From a virus (Duplodnaviria; Caudoviricetes): DNA of 64,000 bases. The DNA lies in IMG/VR virus record IMGVR_UViG_3300037067_015211, positions 148,569 to 212,568 of that record. One strand, given 5' to 3'. Shown piece after piece: positions 20,114 through 31,070 of this stretch. Every line of letters starts with the position of its first letter. Position 1 is the stretch's first letter. The notes beneath the pieces are model-generated. The model had not been told where the DNA came from, did no database searches, and saw only the letters and a list, made by a program, of their open reading frames with translations. Position numbers and translations under genes: made by a program.

Positions 20114-21676
20114 CTATCCTATATACTTTAAAGTATAATCAGAAACAGATGTAGTTAAACCAGAATCAGTTTTTAGCTCTAAAATAACAGTATACGCATC
20201 TCCAATATTCCATGTTCCAGAATCTATTCCTGATATTGAGAATGAAGATACGGCCAGTCCGCTTGTATATCTTGTTGCGTTTTCTAAAACTATATCGTTA
20301 TTTTCTGTGTCTTTTATATAAGCAGTTAATGACCCATCTGTGATATCGGCAGTTTCTTCTACATGTCGCACAAATAAAAATGGAGACACCCATTGCAAAA
20401 AGTTTGTTGGAATTATGTTTCTGCAAACAACGCTTGCCCTGCTATCAGATGCATCACCAGTTAGTTTATATAAAATATCATTGTTGCTATATTCTGTAAC
20501 AATGTATGACGAATACACCCCGCTAACGACAGTGTTTGAATATGTTGGATATTCTGTTGTTGTTCTTAACCCACTTGAATATTGATGGCTGTGCCAAATA
20601 TTTGTCAATTCAGAGCCATTAAATAATGGCGACATTGTGCTTAAATCAATTCCCGCAATTGTTACGCCAGAAGAAACAATTAATGGGCCGTGCAGTGTAT
20701 CGCCACTGCTCATTAGAGCACCAATTCCAGAAGCATGCGTTTGATGGGGGTTATTATAATTTGCAATATGGGCAGTAAATGCATCGTAATCGGATTCAAT
20801 ATTTCTATCATTTACTAAAACGCCAGAATCTAAATCAAGACTTCCCATTATAATTGCACTATCTTCTACGTTCAGTCCGCCATGAACATTTATTGCCCCC
20901 GTCACATCTATGGTTTGTGCTACAAGACCACTTGAAAAATCTCCGATTCCATTAATCACCATTAGCCCACTTTGAACAAGAAGGCCGTGATTTATTATAT
21001 TATTATAAACAGTAAGATTTTTGCATGCTACTGTATCTGCGGTCAACCCGCTTGCCGTCATCGAACCAAATATCCCAATGCCGCTTAATGTTACTTGATT
21101 TGTAATCAATTCTGTTTGATACAGCACAGACGTATGTGGATCTACATTAATGGCAATATGATCTATCAATCTTGGTGTTCTTATTTTATCTGGGGGAACG
21201 CTATCTATTGAAATTGCAGAACCAGTTGTTGTAACAATTGCAATAAGCAATCTTGTGTCCTGTTCTCTTTCTGTAGAATAGGCGGAAACGGTAAAATTTC
21301 CATATTGATATGTTGAATAATTTTCTGTTTCATCAACTGGGCTTATCGGTTCAACGTAAAGATAATATGTTGTGTTGTCCAAAAGCCCCGTTACTTCAAC
21401 CAAACCATTTGAAAAGAAGTATACTTGATTTATAAAACCCTCTAGCGTAGGGTGTGGTTTGTTTTCTCTAATTGATACGGTAGAATTATTTGTGGCAAAA
21501 GTGCCAGTATAGGTTCCATCGTCAATAATTCCGTGGCCATAACAATGAACGCGAATTGCCCCGTATAATTGATTGTCAATTATATTAGCGGCTCGTCTCT
21601 CTTCCGCCCCATCGATAACGTCACCAGATTTGACCGCCGGTATTAAATATCTTTTTGTTTGATAGCCGTATGTCAT
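20114..21676 (-). CDS. tail fibre/baseplate protein
   Basis: HI...NPH fibre motifs, trimeric beta-like composition, position. Confidence 0.65.
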   Translation of the reverse strand: MTYGYQTKRYLIPAVKSGDVIDGAEERRAANIIDNQLYGAIRVHCYGHGIIDDGTYTGTFATNNSTVSIRENKPHPTLEGFINQVYFFSNGLVEVTGLLDNTTYYLYVEPISPVDETENYSTYQYGNFTVSAYSTEREQDTRLLIAIVTTTGSAISIDSVPPDKIRTPRLIDHIAINVDPHTSVLYQTELITNQVTLSGIGIFGSMTASGLTADTVACKNLTVYNNIINHGLLVQSGLMVINGIGDFSSGLVAQTIDVTGAINVHGGLNVEDSAIIMGSLDLDSGVLVNDRNIESDYDAFTAHIANYNNPHQTHASGIGALMSSGDTLHGPLIVSSGVTIAGIDLSTMSPLFNGSELTNIWHSHQYSSGLRTTTEYPTYSNTVVSGVYSSYIVTEYSNNDILYKLTGDASDSRASVVCRNIIPTNFLQWVSPFLFVRHVEETADITDGSLTAYIKDTENNDIVLENATRYTSGLAVSSFSISGIDSGTWNIGDAYTVILELKTDSGLTTSVSDYTLKYIG

Positions 21677-21678
21677 TT

Positions 21679-21882
21679 TTAATCTCCAGCAGTGGCATCG
21701 CCAGCAATTAATTCATCCGTCAAATCGTCTATATTGGTATAGTTTTGTGTAGCCGAATAATTAGACGATCTAAACGTTGAAGAAAGTTGTATTTGTAGCC
21801 AAGATCGTCTAATGGTATCTTGTACCAAAGACGATCTTAACGACCCCGTTTCATTTCTAATTTTGTTTATTGGAACAGCCAT
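21679..21882 (-). CDS. small tail protein
   Basis: 67-aa ORF in tight operon. Confidence 0.55.
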   Translation of the reverse strand: MAVPINKIRNETGSLRSSLVQDTIRRSWLQIQLSSTFRSSNYSATQNYTNIDDLTDELIAGDATAGD

Positions 21883-21884
21883 AA

Positions 21885-24404
21885 TTAAACATCCACAAAA
21901 TCAGGGACGGTATCCCCGGACAATAAAAATGCAGATGGGTCGTATAGTTCACATTCTAAAGAAGTGTCCCAAACACACCCATTGCTAAATGAATGATTAA
22001 CCGCCGTAACAATATATTTTTCTGCCGAATTTTTTGCATCAATGTTAATAAAGGTTTCGGACTTTATGTTTTCTTCGACTTGTATAATTTCATATGGAAT
22101 TACCTTTTTACCCCAACACGAAAAACCTATATTTCTTCTCTCCCTGCTATTTCTCTTGGCCGCAATAATAGCCGCTCTATTAACGGAATCCGCGCTATTC
22201 ATCGATGGATCATGTGCGGCGTCCCATCTTAGCCAAGGCACAAATGTTTTGCCCTCTATAACGCTAGACGGCCACCCCTTTTGTTTTAATATTACAACAA
22301 ATGGTTCTGTATCTACATTATCTTTTTCGTAGTCTTTTACTATAATTCCTGACCGATAAATAGCATTTCTAAATGTTCCAAAAGTAACATCTAGTCTCAA
22401 ATTTCTGCGTATTTCATCAAAATCACCAACTACGGTCGGCGTTTCTTTAAATAAATTTCCCCTATATTTGAAAAGTTTATAATGTGGCGCATATGTTAAT
22501 TTACCGTCATATTGGCCAAATAAATACCATTCCGAAATTCCACGAATTGTTTGCATACAATCCCAAAGTGGGGTACCCATTTGGAACATATAGCCGGGCG
22601 TTTCAAACAAATGAAATGGTACAAGAAAATGCCATTTTTCATTTGGCAAAAAATCTGTATGTCCCTCATAGCATGTATCCGTATATGGTTCTACGGGCAA
22701 TATTTGGCTATCGGACGTTGTATAGCCAGCCTCCATCATAAGGTTTCTCATTGCGGCCAAGTGACACCAACCATCATAAATAGGCAAATTTATTCCAAAT
22801 GTTTCTTTAGCCCTAATACTAACATCAATACACGACAGAGATATTGTTGCCGTATCCTTTGTTTTTTCTATCTTAGGCTCTCCGTTCGTATATCCCTTAA
22901 AAATTAATTCTAAATTTTGTGTGTCATAGCCAGCATAAATAGATATTGGTCTTATTCCCCAAATTAAATATTCGTTTTCGAACACACTTGTTGAAAAATT
23001 TTCCGTTGGCATATCTCTATTTGTTAGCGTTATAGATGCAGTAGATTGCTCTACGGTTAAACTAACAGATGCGCTTAAGACATAGCTAGTTATGTCTAGT
23101 AGCTTTTGTCCAACAGAGCGAATATACGGTTCCATATACATTTCGCATCTGCATATTGCGGGGCTGTAATATCCATATCCGCTACTCATTAGACTAACAC
23201 CATAATGCCACTTTTTCTTAGATTTTTTTCCGCTCGCACTTGTTACTGTAAAATTATACGACACCTCATCTACTAAATAAGTAAAGTCTCTCCCTTCTTC
23301 GTAATAAAATATACCATCACCTTTTTCGTATGGTATTTCGACAGACGTTGTACTTACATTTTTCAGTTCGGAAAGAAGAAGTTTCTTTTGTCCAAGCATT
23401 ACCGCTTTTAATGTTGTAGAATTTGGATTGTTTACACTAATGTCTGGCCTAATAAATGTGCCTAAATCTTCATGTATAAGATAGTTTAATGTAAATGCCG
23501 CCGTCCCACCATATACCATAACGCCTATATTGCTCGCTGGCATATTAACATAAGAGCTAAACGACACAAAATCATTTCCTGCCTTCCAAGGGTCAATTGT
23601 TCCGTCTCCAATATATAATTTTGACCCCAATGGATAAAACATAAGTGTAAATAGTTTGTTGTTTTTTGTGCCCGTTTTTTCGTTCGCCTGTTCTTTTTTT
23701 CCTTCTACAGTAGAGTATGTTGTTGTAATAGTTTTTAGCAGTACAAACTTAGTTGTTTCTTCATCACCATCCTTTGTTGTTATCTTTTTGTAAAAAAAGA
23801 TTTTTCTGGAATTTCTATCAAACACGTAATAATAACTATCGACTACAAATATTATTTTAGGAGACGTTGGGTCTGTATCTGTCAATATTTTTGTAAATAC
23901 TGTTTCACCTATTCCATATTTTGCGACTACGGCATTTGCAATTTCTTCTTTTGTTAATGCTTCGCCTTCTTCATTTTTTGATAGATTTTGTATTTCTTTA
24001 ATAAACTTTCCATTCATGGGGCCGATATTAAAATCTACGCTCCAAGGTTGATTTTTTAGAATCGGATAAACATTTGTGCTTGGTTTCATTATAACAGTTT
24101 CGCTTGCGCTAATAGTTATGTTGTCCTTTGCGTCTGGAAAATCCGACGGTGAAGATGAAGATACTTTTTCCAATACTGGCTCGGCATTATATTTTAAGAT
24201 AACCCAGTTATCTAACATGGCCAATGTATCTTGAAAATACCAATCACCTTTTGCTTGCGCGTCTTCGTATGTTTTATACTTTGAGTTTTGGTTAAAAATC
24301 TGTCTATATAAATCTTTTGTGCCAACAGACGGCCACTCACATACATCGACACTGCCACCAAGCAAAACCTTTAATTGTGCTATATCTCTAGGTCTTGTGC
24401 CCAC
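21885..24404 (-). CDS. tail tip/hub protein
   Basis: LDITSYVLS...ASITLTN...IYAGY...IFKGY...ISLSCID; C-terminal YIVTAVNHSF..WDTSLE; downstream of tape measure. Confidence 0.65.
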   Translation of the reverse strand: MGTRPRDIAQLKVLLGGSVDVCEWPSVGTKDLYRQIFNQNSKYKTYEDAQAKGDWYFQDTLAMLDNWVILKYNAEPVLEKVSSSSPSDFPDAKDNITISASETVIMKPSTNVYPILKNQPWSVDFNIGPMNGKFIKEIQNLSKNEEGEALTKEEIANAVVAKYGIGETVFTKILTDTDPTSPKIIFVVDSYYYVFDRNSRKIFFYKKITTKDGDEETTKFVLLKTITTTYSTVEGKKEQANEKTGTKNNKLFTLMFYPLGSKLYIGDGTIDPWKAGNDFVSFSSYVNMPASNIGVMVYGGTAAFTLNYLIHEDLGTFIRPDISVNNPNSTTLKAVMLGQKKLLLSELKNVSTTSVEIPYEKGDGIFYYEEGRDFTYLVDEVSYNFTVTSASGKKSKKKWHYGVSLMSSGYGYYSPAICRCEMYMEPYIRSVGQKLLDITSYVLSASVSLTVEQSTASITLTNRDMPTENFSTSVFENEYLIWGIRPISIYAGYDTQNLELIFKGYTNGEPKIEKTKDTATISLSCIDVSIRAKETFGINLPIYDGWCHLAAMRNLMMEAGYTTSDSQILPVEPYTDTCYEGHTDFLPNEKWHFLVPFHLFETPGYMFQMGTPLWDCMQTIRGISEWYLFGQYDGKLTYAPHYKLFKYRGNLFKETPTVVGDFDEIRRNLRLDVTFGTFRNAIYRSGIIVKDYEKDNVDTEPFVVILKQKGWPSSVIEGKTFVPWLRWDAAHDPSMNSADSVNRAAIIAAKRNSRERRNIGFSCWGKKVIPYEIIQVEENIKSETFINIDAKNSAEKYIVTAVNHSFSNGCVWDTSLECELYDPSAFLLSGDTVPDFVDV

Positions 24405-24406
24405 AA

Positions 24407-25111
24407 TTACTCCACATAATAAGGTATTCTACAGTCTGTTCCACCGCCACCAGCACCGCCAATAAAAACATCAATAACAGCCTCTCCAGTTCCAATTTCC
24501 AAAACTACCGGCGGCGAGAAAATAGGATAGGAAACAACTGTATTTTCTTCTTCTCCAACTTTATTAAATGTAACAATTTGCCCAACAGAATACAATGTTG
24601 CGACTATCAGATTATCTTTTAGTTCTTCAGTGTCGGGGTCAAATGGATATACAATTGAATATCTTGTGCCAGTGCCGGTTCCTCCAAAATTAACACTACC
24701 ACCAATAGTATACACAGATCCACCCGCATTAACAAGCAAATTCGCATGACATGTTAAAACATATCTATCAGATTCTTTGAAGTATGTTAGTTTAGGATAA
24801 AAGCACCATTCAAATGGATACAAATTATTGCCAATAATATAATAAATTGGCCCAGTATAATCTTGTAATATAGTGCTTGCTTGTCCTCTATACAGCTTTA
24901 GTATTTGGGTTTCATTGCTTCCATCAGATGTGCCATTAACGGTTAGAGAAGTTGTGGTGTCCACTATAATCGCATCTGAATTAACTGCTTCTGTTTGTTT
25001 GTTGTCAAATTCAGAAACGACAATATTTGCAGACCAGTCTGATGAAAAAACTGGTTTTGCCACCCTGTCACATGCAGAATGTTTGGCTGCAAATTGTTTT
25101 ATTGTTGTCAT
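24407..25111 (-). CDS. distal tail-like protein
   Basis: Likely start MTTIKQ (ATGA-coupled to 25108-25242); follows tape measure. Confidence 0.55.
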   Translation of the reverse strand: MTTIKQFAAKHSACDRVAKPVFSSDWSANIVVSEFDNKQTEAVNSDAIIVDTTTSLTVNGTSDGSNETQILKLYRGQASTILQDYTGPIYYIIGNNLYPFEWCFYPKLTYFKESDRYVLTCHANLLVNAGGSVYTIGGSVNFGGTGTGTRYSIVYPFDPDTEELKDNLIVATLYSVGQIVTFNKVGEEENTVVSYPIFSPPVVLEIGTGEAVIDVFIGGAGGGGTDCRIPYYVE

Positions 25112-25242
25112 GAATTTTTCATTTCTATAAATAAATCGATTCCCCACTCTGTTCTTACTACATGTACCGCCCCATCGGACGATAAAACAGGATGGCAAGA
25201 ACCATCGGCTGGGGCAAAACTATATCTGGTGTCATTGGCCAT
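25108..25242 (-). CDS. small hypothetical protein (44 aa, not in track)
   Basis: MANDTRYSFAPADGSCHPVLSSDG...; starts 3 nt after TMP stop, ATGA overlap downstream. Confidence 0.55.
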   Translation of the reverse strand: MANDTRYSFAPADGSCHPVLSSDGAVHVVRTEWGIDLFIEMKNS

Positions 25243-25245
25243 TTT

Positions 25246-28200
25246 TTATGCCTGAATAATTTTATATGCCTGTGTTTGAGCAACACCCTCTATTTGTGTT
25301 TGCAAGTCAAATGAATTGTCCATTTTTACAACAATGGTCACAACGCTTGAACCCGCCATTGCAGTTGGACCAACATATCCGCCAGAATTAATCCCGGCTT
25401 TAAAATAATCTTGTGGTTGAGATGGTTGATATTTTGGCACAGATTGCATTTGACGATATTTTGCCTCATCTCTCTTTATTTTAGCATCATCTCTAGCTTT
25501 TTGTCTTTCTCTTGCACCCTTTGTACTGTTTTGTAATGTTTCGTCTAAGGTTGGGGCACCAAGGTCTTTTCGAACAGCATCTTCAGCTTCTCTTTTTTGT
25601 TTCTTTTTGTCTCTTTCAAATTGTTCTGCTTCTGCCTTTCGCTTTTGTTCATCAGCCGCATATGGATTTACTTCTTGCCCCGGCTTTACATCTTGTTGAC
25701 GCAACGGCATTGGCTGGGCATGCCGATCTCTTGTTGATTCTTGTCTTTCTGTGGCAGAAAATTTTCCGCCTGTTTCCGCATGCTTTTTTAATGCTTCTTT
25801 TTGTCCTGCCCTTGCCTTTGCTTTTAAACGAGCGGCTTCTTCTGGCGAGACCATTCCGACACCACCCGGAACATATACTTTTCTTTTTTTCTGCTCATAT
25901 TCTTCATAGCCAAGTTCAGTGACGCCATTTCCCATATATCTCGGTTTATCATGAAAAACTTGACGCCTACCCTTGCTATATGGAGAATCATAACCAATTT
26001 TATCAGATAACCCCTCAAAACGTTTTTGTTTTGCTATATCTTCCGGTGTTGCATTTTTTTCACCCGCCCCCCATGCTTTAAGCTGTTCTTCCGAAAGCGG
26101 CTGATATCTTCCACGTTCAATTTCCTTCATTCTTTCTTCAGATATTGGTTTTCCAGTAGTAAAGCCTTTTGGTTTTTGCTGTGGCTTTGTTGGAATTTGT
26201 GGTTTGGGTACATCCGGCATTGTTGATGCTTTTTGGCCATAACCCATCATGTTGCCAAGATTTTTCATTCCTTTAATTGCAGGATCAACCATCCAGCCAA
26301 ATTTGTCCTTCCAAATTTTTGGTGCGATATCTCCCGGTCGCATTCCTTCTTCTTCTTTGACATCGAGCAATGCTTCTTCAGATGGTTTTCTGCCTTCTTC
26401 TTCTTTGACATCGAGCAATGCTTCTTCAGGCGGTTTTTGTGATTTTAGTTTCATTGCATCGCGCATAACCGCTTTGCGCATTACATCGCCATATTTTGCA
26501 GTATTAAAATATGCATGCATTCTTTGCGCCGCTTGTTCTGATGTTATTTTCCCAGATTTAACATCATCTCTAATGCTTGCCATTTTCTTAACAAGAACCT
26601 CTCTCTTTTTAAACCAATCATCGGGAAGGGCAAGGTCTTCCTGTTTTTCTATTGTAGATTTATGTTCTTCCCATCTACCACTATGATATTTTGACCTACG
26701 GTCAATATCAACGTCTCTCATTTTCATTACTTTTTCAGATAAAATATCTTCTAACGATTTACCCTTTTCTTTAACCCCCATATCTGAATCGTGTACATCA
26801 AATTCACCACCACGACGAATGGGGGGCAATGGATCGGCATATTGAGGTTTACGATACATTTTAGCCTGTAGTTTACGCAAATTGCCCTTTTGTCCTAACA
26901 TAGTCGCTAATAAAGTCGCTCGCCAATTATCTGGATCTGGCGTTAATGCACGGCCCAAGCCCTCTCTTTCTATGTCTGAGCCAAGCTTGGCCACTGACCC
27001 AATTCCTCCTGTCATAAGTTTTTCTGCCCTATTCATGCGCCAAGCTTCGGCAGAACCGGGTAAATCTTTTGGTACGCCCTGCATTCTATAATATAATCCG
27101 GGCGTTTTTTTGCCGCCATCTGGTTTGTCTAATAAATATTTTTTAACACCATTAACATATCCGCCATCTGCATATTCTTGTAAACCTCTTATTTCTTGCA
27201 ATAATTTGTAATTATTTGCATTTTTCAAAAATTTTTGAATTTCTACATTACCTTTCATTAGGTCGCTAACCGAATCGCGACTCATGGGAATTCCACCAGA
27301 ATCCTTTTTAAAATTAGAAAGCCTTAATTTTTCATCGGCCAATTTTTCTAAATATTCTGGACTTTCCTTTCTCTTGTAACCGGGCAGTCTAAGCATTTTG
27401 TCGGCAAGGTTTTCTAAATATTCTTTGTCTTGTTCACTATTCCAAAATGTAGATTCCCCATTATTAATTTTATCGAGTAGCCCACGATATTTTGATGTTG
27501 CTTTCGCATTAACAACATATTCGCCTTTGTGAACAATGCCAGCGGGTTCAGTGGTGGTGCCCTGTCCAGTATATCCACCAGATGCGAAACCCTTATCTTT
27601 TTGTGTGTTTTCTGCTATAGATTTAAGATAATTATTCGCTTGTTTTTCCATCTCAAGACGACTATCATCAAGGCCAGTCATCCTTCTCCAAAAATCTTCA
27701 TGCGTTCCTATGCCTCTTTCACCACTGGTTGTCATGCCAGTATCACCACGCTTTACTTGTGCTCTACCCTTAATGTCAATCATTGACATATTGGCAGAGC
27801 CGCCTAAAGTATAACTACCGCTTGTTTGACCGAACGCAAATTGCGTGAATTGTTGTTGCCATGTTTGACGAATATAGTGTTGCTTTTTTATCACATCTAA
27901 TTTTTTATTTTCGGCATCAATTTCATATTTTTTTAAGTCTTGAGCAGACATTAAGTTTTCAGCAGCCTGTTGTCTCGCTATCTCTAATTGTTTTAAAGAA
28001 AGGCCGTATTCTGTTTTTGCTATATCTAATCCTTCTTTCGCTTTTTCTACAATAAGGCTGGCCGGAGCGTACATGTTTTCATACATCTCTTTTTGTATGG
28101 CATTTCTTTGTTTATCAATATCAAGAAAAAATTTAGCATTATTCGTTTCTAAAAATGCCGCTCGCCTTTTTGCGTCATTAATTTTTTGTTGTTGTTGCAA

Positions 28201-30504
28201 TTCTTGAGTCATTTGTTTTTGTTTTGTTACATCTTTGTCAAGAATTGCCGCAATTCTTTCGGAAGTTTCCTTAATATTATTTTGTGTTTTATCTCTTTCT
28301 TTTTCGGCTACTGCAATTTTTTCATCCAATTGTTTTGTTGATGTCATCCAAATAGTAAGATCATTAAGATTCGTGGGCATATCCATTTCAGCGCGTTCTT
28401 TTCTAAGCTTTTCTAGCTTTTCTATTTCAACTTTTTGATTTTCAAGGGATGCAGTCTGTTCATCTACATGCTTTTTAAATTTAGGTAAATCTTTTTCGTC
28501 TTTTTCCGTTGCCTCCATAATTGCTTTATTTTTTTCTCTCATTACTTTTAAAACTTCTTCTTGTGCAGCAACCTCATCCTTTATTGCCGCCAATCTCGCA
28601 TCAACATTTTTGCCACCAGTATATTTTTCCTCCATTTCAAATCGTTCACGAGCCAAATCTACAGCAATTTGATTTAGCTCCTTTACCCTTTTCATGTGTT
28701 GTTCTACAATTTCGTATAGCCTAATAGACCTCAACAACAAATCATTTTCTTCTTTTTTCTTTCGATTTATTTCTTCTTGTTTTTCTGGTTGAAGTCTAGG
28801 TCTTGTTTTTTTATATTCATCTTCTAATTTCTTAATTTCTACCCTTGTTGCTTTTATTTTCTCCAGATTTTCATTCAATGCACCCAAACTACTTTTAAAT
28901 AATTTTACGCTTCCTTGAGCAACTCCGCCCTCCAATTTTTCACCAGACAAAACCTTTTTTATCTCTTCGTCACTAATATCTATTTTAAAGGCTTTAAATT
29001 CTATGGCGTTCATCTCTCTTGCAAATTTTCTTGCTTGTTGTACTCCCCAATCTTCTGTGTGGTCTAAAAAATATTCGCTAAATTTTTCTCCAAGAGTTTC
29101 CCCAAGATTTGAGCCAGCAATACTGCCAACCATTGCACCAACGGCAGTGCCAATCCCCGGGGCGATTAAAGACCCAATTGCCCCCCCAGCAAGGGCACCG
29201 GACATGCCCCCTCCAATGCGTCCGCCGCCCTTTGAGTATGCATCTTGTTTTGCTTCGGCCCTTTCACGCGGAGACAAATCTTTTGCATTATCAATTTCAG
29301 ATGTTGTTTGAATTAACGAAATGCCTTCCAGCAATGCATCGAGCACTGCTATACTACCCGCTATTTTTAAAGTTTTTCCAATTGGAAAGCCGCCAAGTCC
29401 GCCCCCAGCAGCACCTTGTTTGCTGGAACTTACTTGAGCATTTGTATTTTTATCAATTGATATTCTGTTTCTGTCGGTAGATATAATATGTTTGTTCGTA
29501 GAAACAATTTGTTTTTCGGAAGTCAAATAACTTCTTTTAATATCAATTGTGTTTTTTTCTGTTGCTATAGCACCCTTACTATTTATTGCCTTACTAGCAT
29601 TTAAAGCGGCAATCAACTTATCGTTTGAAAGTATTAATTTGTTTACAGAAGAAGATAGTGCCATTGTAGATTTATCAGCACTAAATGAGCCTATACTATG
29701 TTTTTCTTGAAAAGATTTTGGCGTAAAAAGTGTTGCCAACCCACGACCTGCTACTGGTAATCCTTTTAAAATACCAGCTATTCCCGTAATATTAACAAGT
29801 GTTTCTCCAAGGCTTGAGTTAAAGTTATCTATAGGTTTAAGATTAAAAGCATTAAGAACGGTAGAGTTTAAAGATGAAAAAGTTCTTCCTAAAACGAGTG
29901 ATCTATCCGTAACGCTTTTTGTGGCGGCATCAAATTTCTCTGCCATTGTATTTGTTTGCCTAGTGGCATTGCCCATAGCCTGAATATATATTTTTAGATT
30001 ATCTGCGCCGCCTCTTTCTAAAATCTCAAAGAAGTGCTTCATGCTTACAGCACCCTCTTCAAAATTCATGTTCAATGTTGGTATTGTTTGCTTTAATTGT
30101 AGTAGTGCCCTATTTGCCTGATCTGTTGCGTGTGGAAATGCTTTTGATAGTTGTTGTATATATTTTTCCTGAGCCGCCATGCTAAAAGACAATGAGGTTG
30201 TATATTTATTGATTTCATTTTGTAGGTTTAGTATTTCTGTTCTGGTTTTATTTTTTATTGTTGTTGCCAACAATTCATTTGATTTTGCCAAAGAGTTTAA
30301 CTGTGTAGCGGTTAACCCAGACGTTGTACCTAAATTTTTTAACGATTTTTCAAAATTGACAACAGCAGCAATTGGAATATACCTAGAAAGAGACGACATC
30401 CCTTCGCCAAGGGCTTCTATTTTACCAGTTAAAGAAAAAGCCGCTGCCGCTGCCGCACCACCAACGCCAACTCCACCGGCATCAGGAACAAAATCACCCG
30501 CCAT
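25246..30504 (-). CDS. tape measure protein
   Basis: 1752 aa, helical, Gly-zipper segment (GALAGGAIGSLIAPGIGTAVG), FASGGYTG..PAGIVHKGEYVV motif; follows tail chaperones. Confidence 0.88.
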   Translation of the reverse strand: MAGDFVPDAGGVGVGGAAAAAAFSLTGKIEALGEGMSSLSRYIPIAAVVNFEKSLKNLGTTSGLTATQLNSLAKSNELLATTIKNKTRTEILNLQNEINKYTTSLSFSMAAQEKYIQQLSKAFPHATDQANRALLQLKQTIPTLNMNFEEGAVSMKHFFEILERGGADNLKIYIQAMGNATRQTNTMAEKFDAATKSVTDRSLVLGRTFSSLNSTVLNAFNLKPIDNFNSSLGETLVNITGIAGILKGLPVAGRGLATLFTPKSFQEKHSIGSFSADKSTMALSSSVNKLILSNDKLIAALNASKAINSKGAIATEKNTIDIKRSYLTSEKQIVSTNKHIISTDRNRISIDKNTNAQVSSSKQGAAGGGLGGFPIGKTLKIAGSIAVLDALLEGISLIQTTSEIDNAKDLSPRERAEAKQDAYSKGGGRIGGGMSGALAGGAIGSLIAPGIGTAVGAMVGSIAGSNLGETLGEKFSEYFLDHTEDWGVQQARKFAREMNAIEFKAFKIDISDEEIKKVLSGEKLEGGVAQGSVKLFKSSLGALNENLEKIKATRVEIKKLEDEYKKTRPRLQPEKQEEINRKKKEENDLLLRSIRLYEIVEQHMKRVKELNQIAVDLARERFEMEEKYTGGKNVDARLAAIKDEVAAQEEVLKVMREKNKAIMEATEKDEKDLPKFKKHVDEQTASLENQKVEIEKLEKLRKERAEMDMPTNLNDLTIWMTSTKQLDEKIAVAEKERDKTQNNIKETSERIAAILDKDVTKQKQMTQELQQQQKINDAKRRAAFLETNNAKFFLDIDKQRNAIQKEMYENMYAPASLIVEKAKEGLDIAKTEYGLSLKQLEIARQQAAENLMSAQDLKKYEIDAENKKLDVIKKQHYIRQTWQQQFTQFAFGQTSGSYTLGGSANMSMIDIKGRAQVKRGDTGMTTSGERGIGTHEDFWRRMTGLDDSRLEMEKQANNYLKSIAENTQKDKGFASGGYTGQGTTTEPAGIVHKGEYVVNAKATSKYRGLLDKINNGESTFWNSEQDKEYLENLADKMLRLPGYKRKESPEYLEKLADEKLRLSNFKKDSGGIPMSRDSVSDLMKGNVEIQKFLKNANNYKLLQEIRGLQEYADGGYVNGVKKYLLDKPDGGKKTPGLYYRMQGVPKDLPGSAEAWRMNRAEKLMTGGIGSVAKLGSDIEREGLGRALTPDPDNWRATLLATMLGQKGNLRKLQAKMYRKPQYADPLPPIRRGGEFDVHDSDMGVKEKGKSLEDILSEKVMKMRDVDIDRRSKYHSGRWEEHKSTIEKQEDLALPDDWFKKREVLVKKMASIRDDVKSGKITSEQAAQRMHAYFNTAKYGDVMRKAVMRDAMKLKSQKPPEEALLDVKEEEGRKPSEEALLDVKEEEGMRPGDIAPKIWKDKFGWMVDPAIKGMKNLGNMMGYGQKASTMPDVPKPQIPTKPQQKPKGFTTGKPISEERMKEIERGRYQPLSEEQLKAWGAGEKNATPEDIAKQKRFEGLSDKIGYDSPYSKGRRQVFHDKPRYMGNGVTELGYEEYEQKKRKVYVPGGVGMVSPEEAARLKAKARAGQKEALKKHAETGGKFSATERQESTRDRHAQPMPLRQQDVKPGQEVNPYAADEQKRKAEAEQFERDKKKQKREAEDAVRKDLGAPTLDETLQNSTKGARERQKARDDAKIKRDEAKYRQMQSVPKYQPSQPQDYFKAGINSGGYVGPTAMAGSSVVTIVVKMDNSFDLQTQIEGVAQTQAYKIIQA
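26345..26437. repeat. 48-bp tandem duplication in tape measure gene
   Basis: Two near-identical units encoding KP(P/S)EEALLDVKEEEG. Confidence 0.9.
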
Positions 30505-30506
30505 CT

Positions 30507-31070
30507 TTATCCCCTATAGAATGTTTTTATACAATCTATAATTGCAAATAAAATATTGTCGTTTTTCGCTTTTTCTTCATTTGGCGACAAATTAAAAATT
30601 TCTCCAATATTACTTATTAATTTTATTCCACTATATATTTCACTAAACTTTAAGTCTAATTTTATTGAACTGTCTTTTAGTAAAAACATTACTTGCGCCA
30701 AAACAAAAGAAAATGGATTTATAACAACATCTCCGTTTATAGTTGTTAGAGAATTTGCCTGTATCAACTCTTTTAACATCCATGTATCTCGATTAAACTC
30801 AAACCATTCTTCCTCAAACTTTTTGCCGCTAACAACAGCTTTATCTAAAGTATATTTCAATTCACCATTTTCTTCATAAAAGTATACATAAACCCTTATT
30901 GGTTTATTGGATACAGTATATTTACTTTTAATGTCATCTACTATAATAGGCTTTTCTTCCGTCTTTATTTCCTTTTTAAATGGTGCTGCGGCGAATTTGA
31001 CGCCGCTTGCAGTTTGTTGTTCTCCGCCTCTATTTTGATGTTGTGGATTAAAAGCATTTTTCTTAGCCAT
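30507..31070 (-). CDS. tail assembly chaperone paralogue
   Basis: KYTV...VYV.F shared with 31216-31794; just upstream of tape measure. Confidence 0.6.
   Translation of the reverse strand: MAKKNAFNPQHQNRGGEQQTASGVKFAAAPFKKEIKTEEKPIIVDDIKSKYTVSNKPIRVYVYFYEENGELKYTLDKAVVSGKKFEEEWFEFNRDTWMLKELIQANSLTTINGDVVINPFSFVLAQVMFLLKDSSIKLDLKFSEIYSGIKLISNIGEIFNLSPNEEKAKNDNILFAIIDCIKTFYRG

Noticed and set aside
24407-25198. Track start at 25198 (TTG)
   Set aside because: Upstream part is better explained by the 44-aa ORF 25108-25242 coupled by ATGA to a start at 25111.
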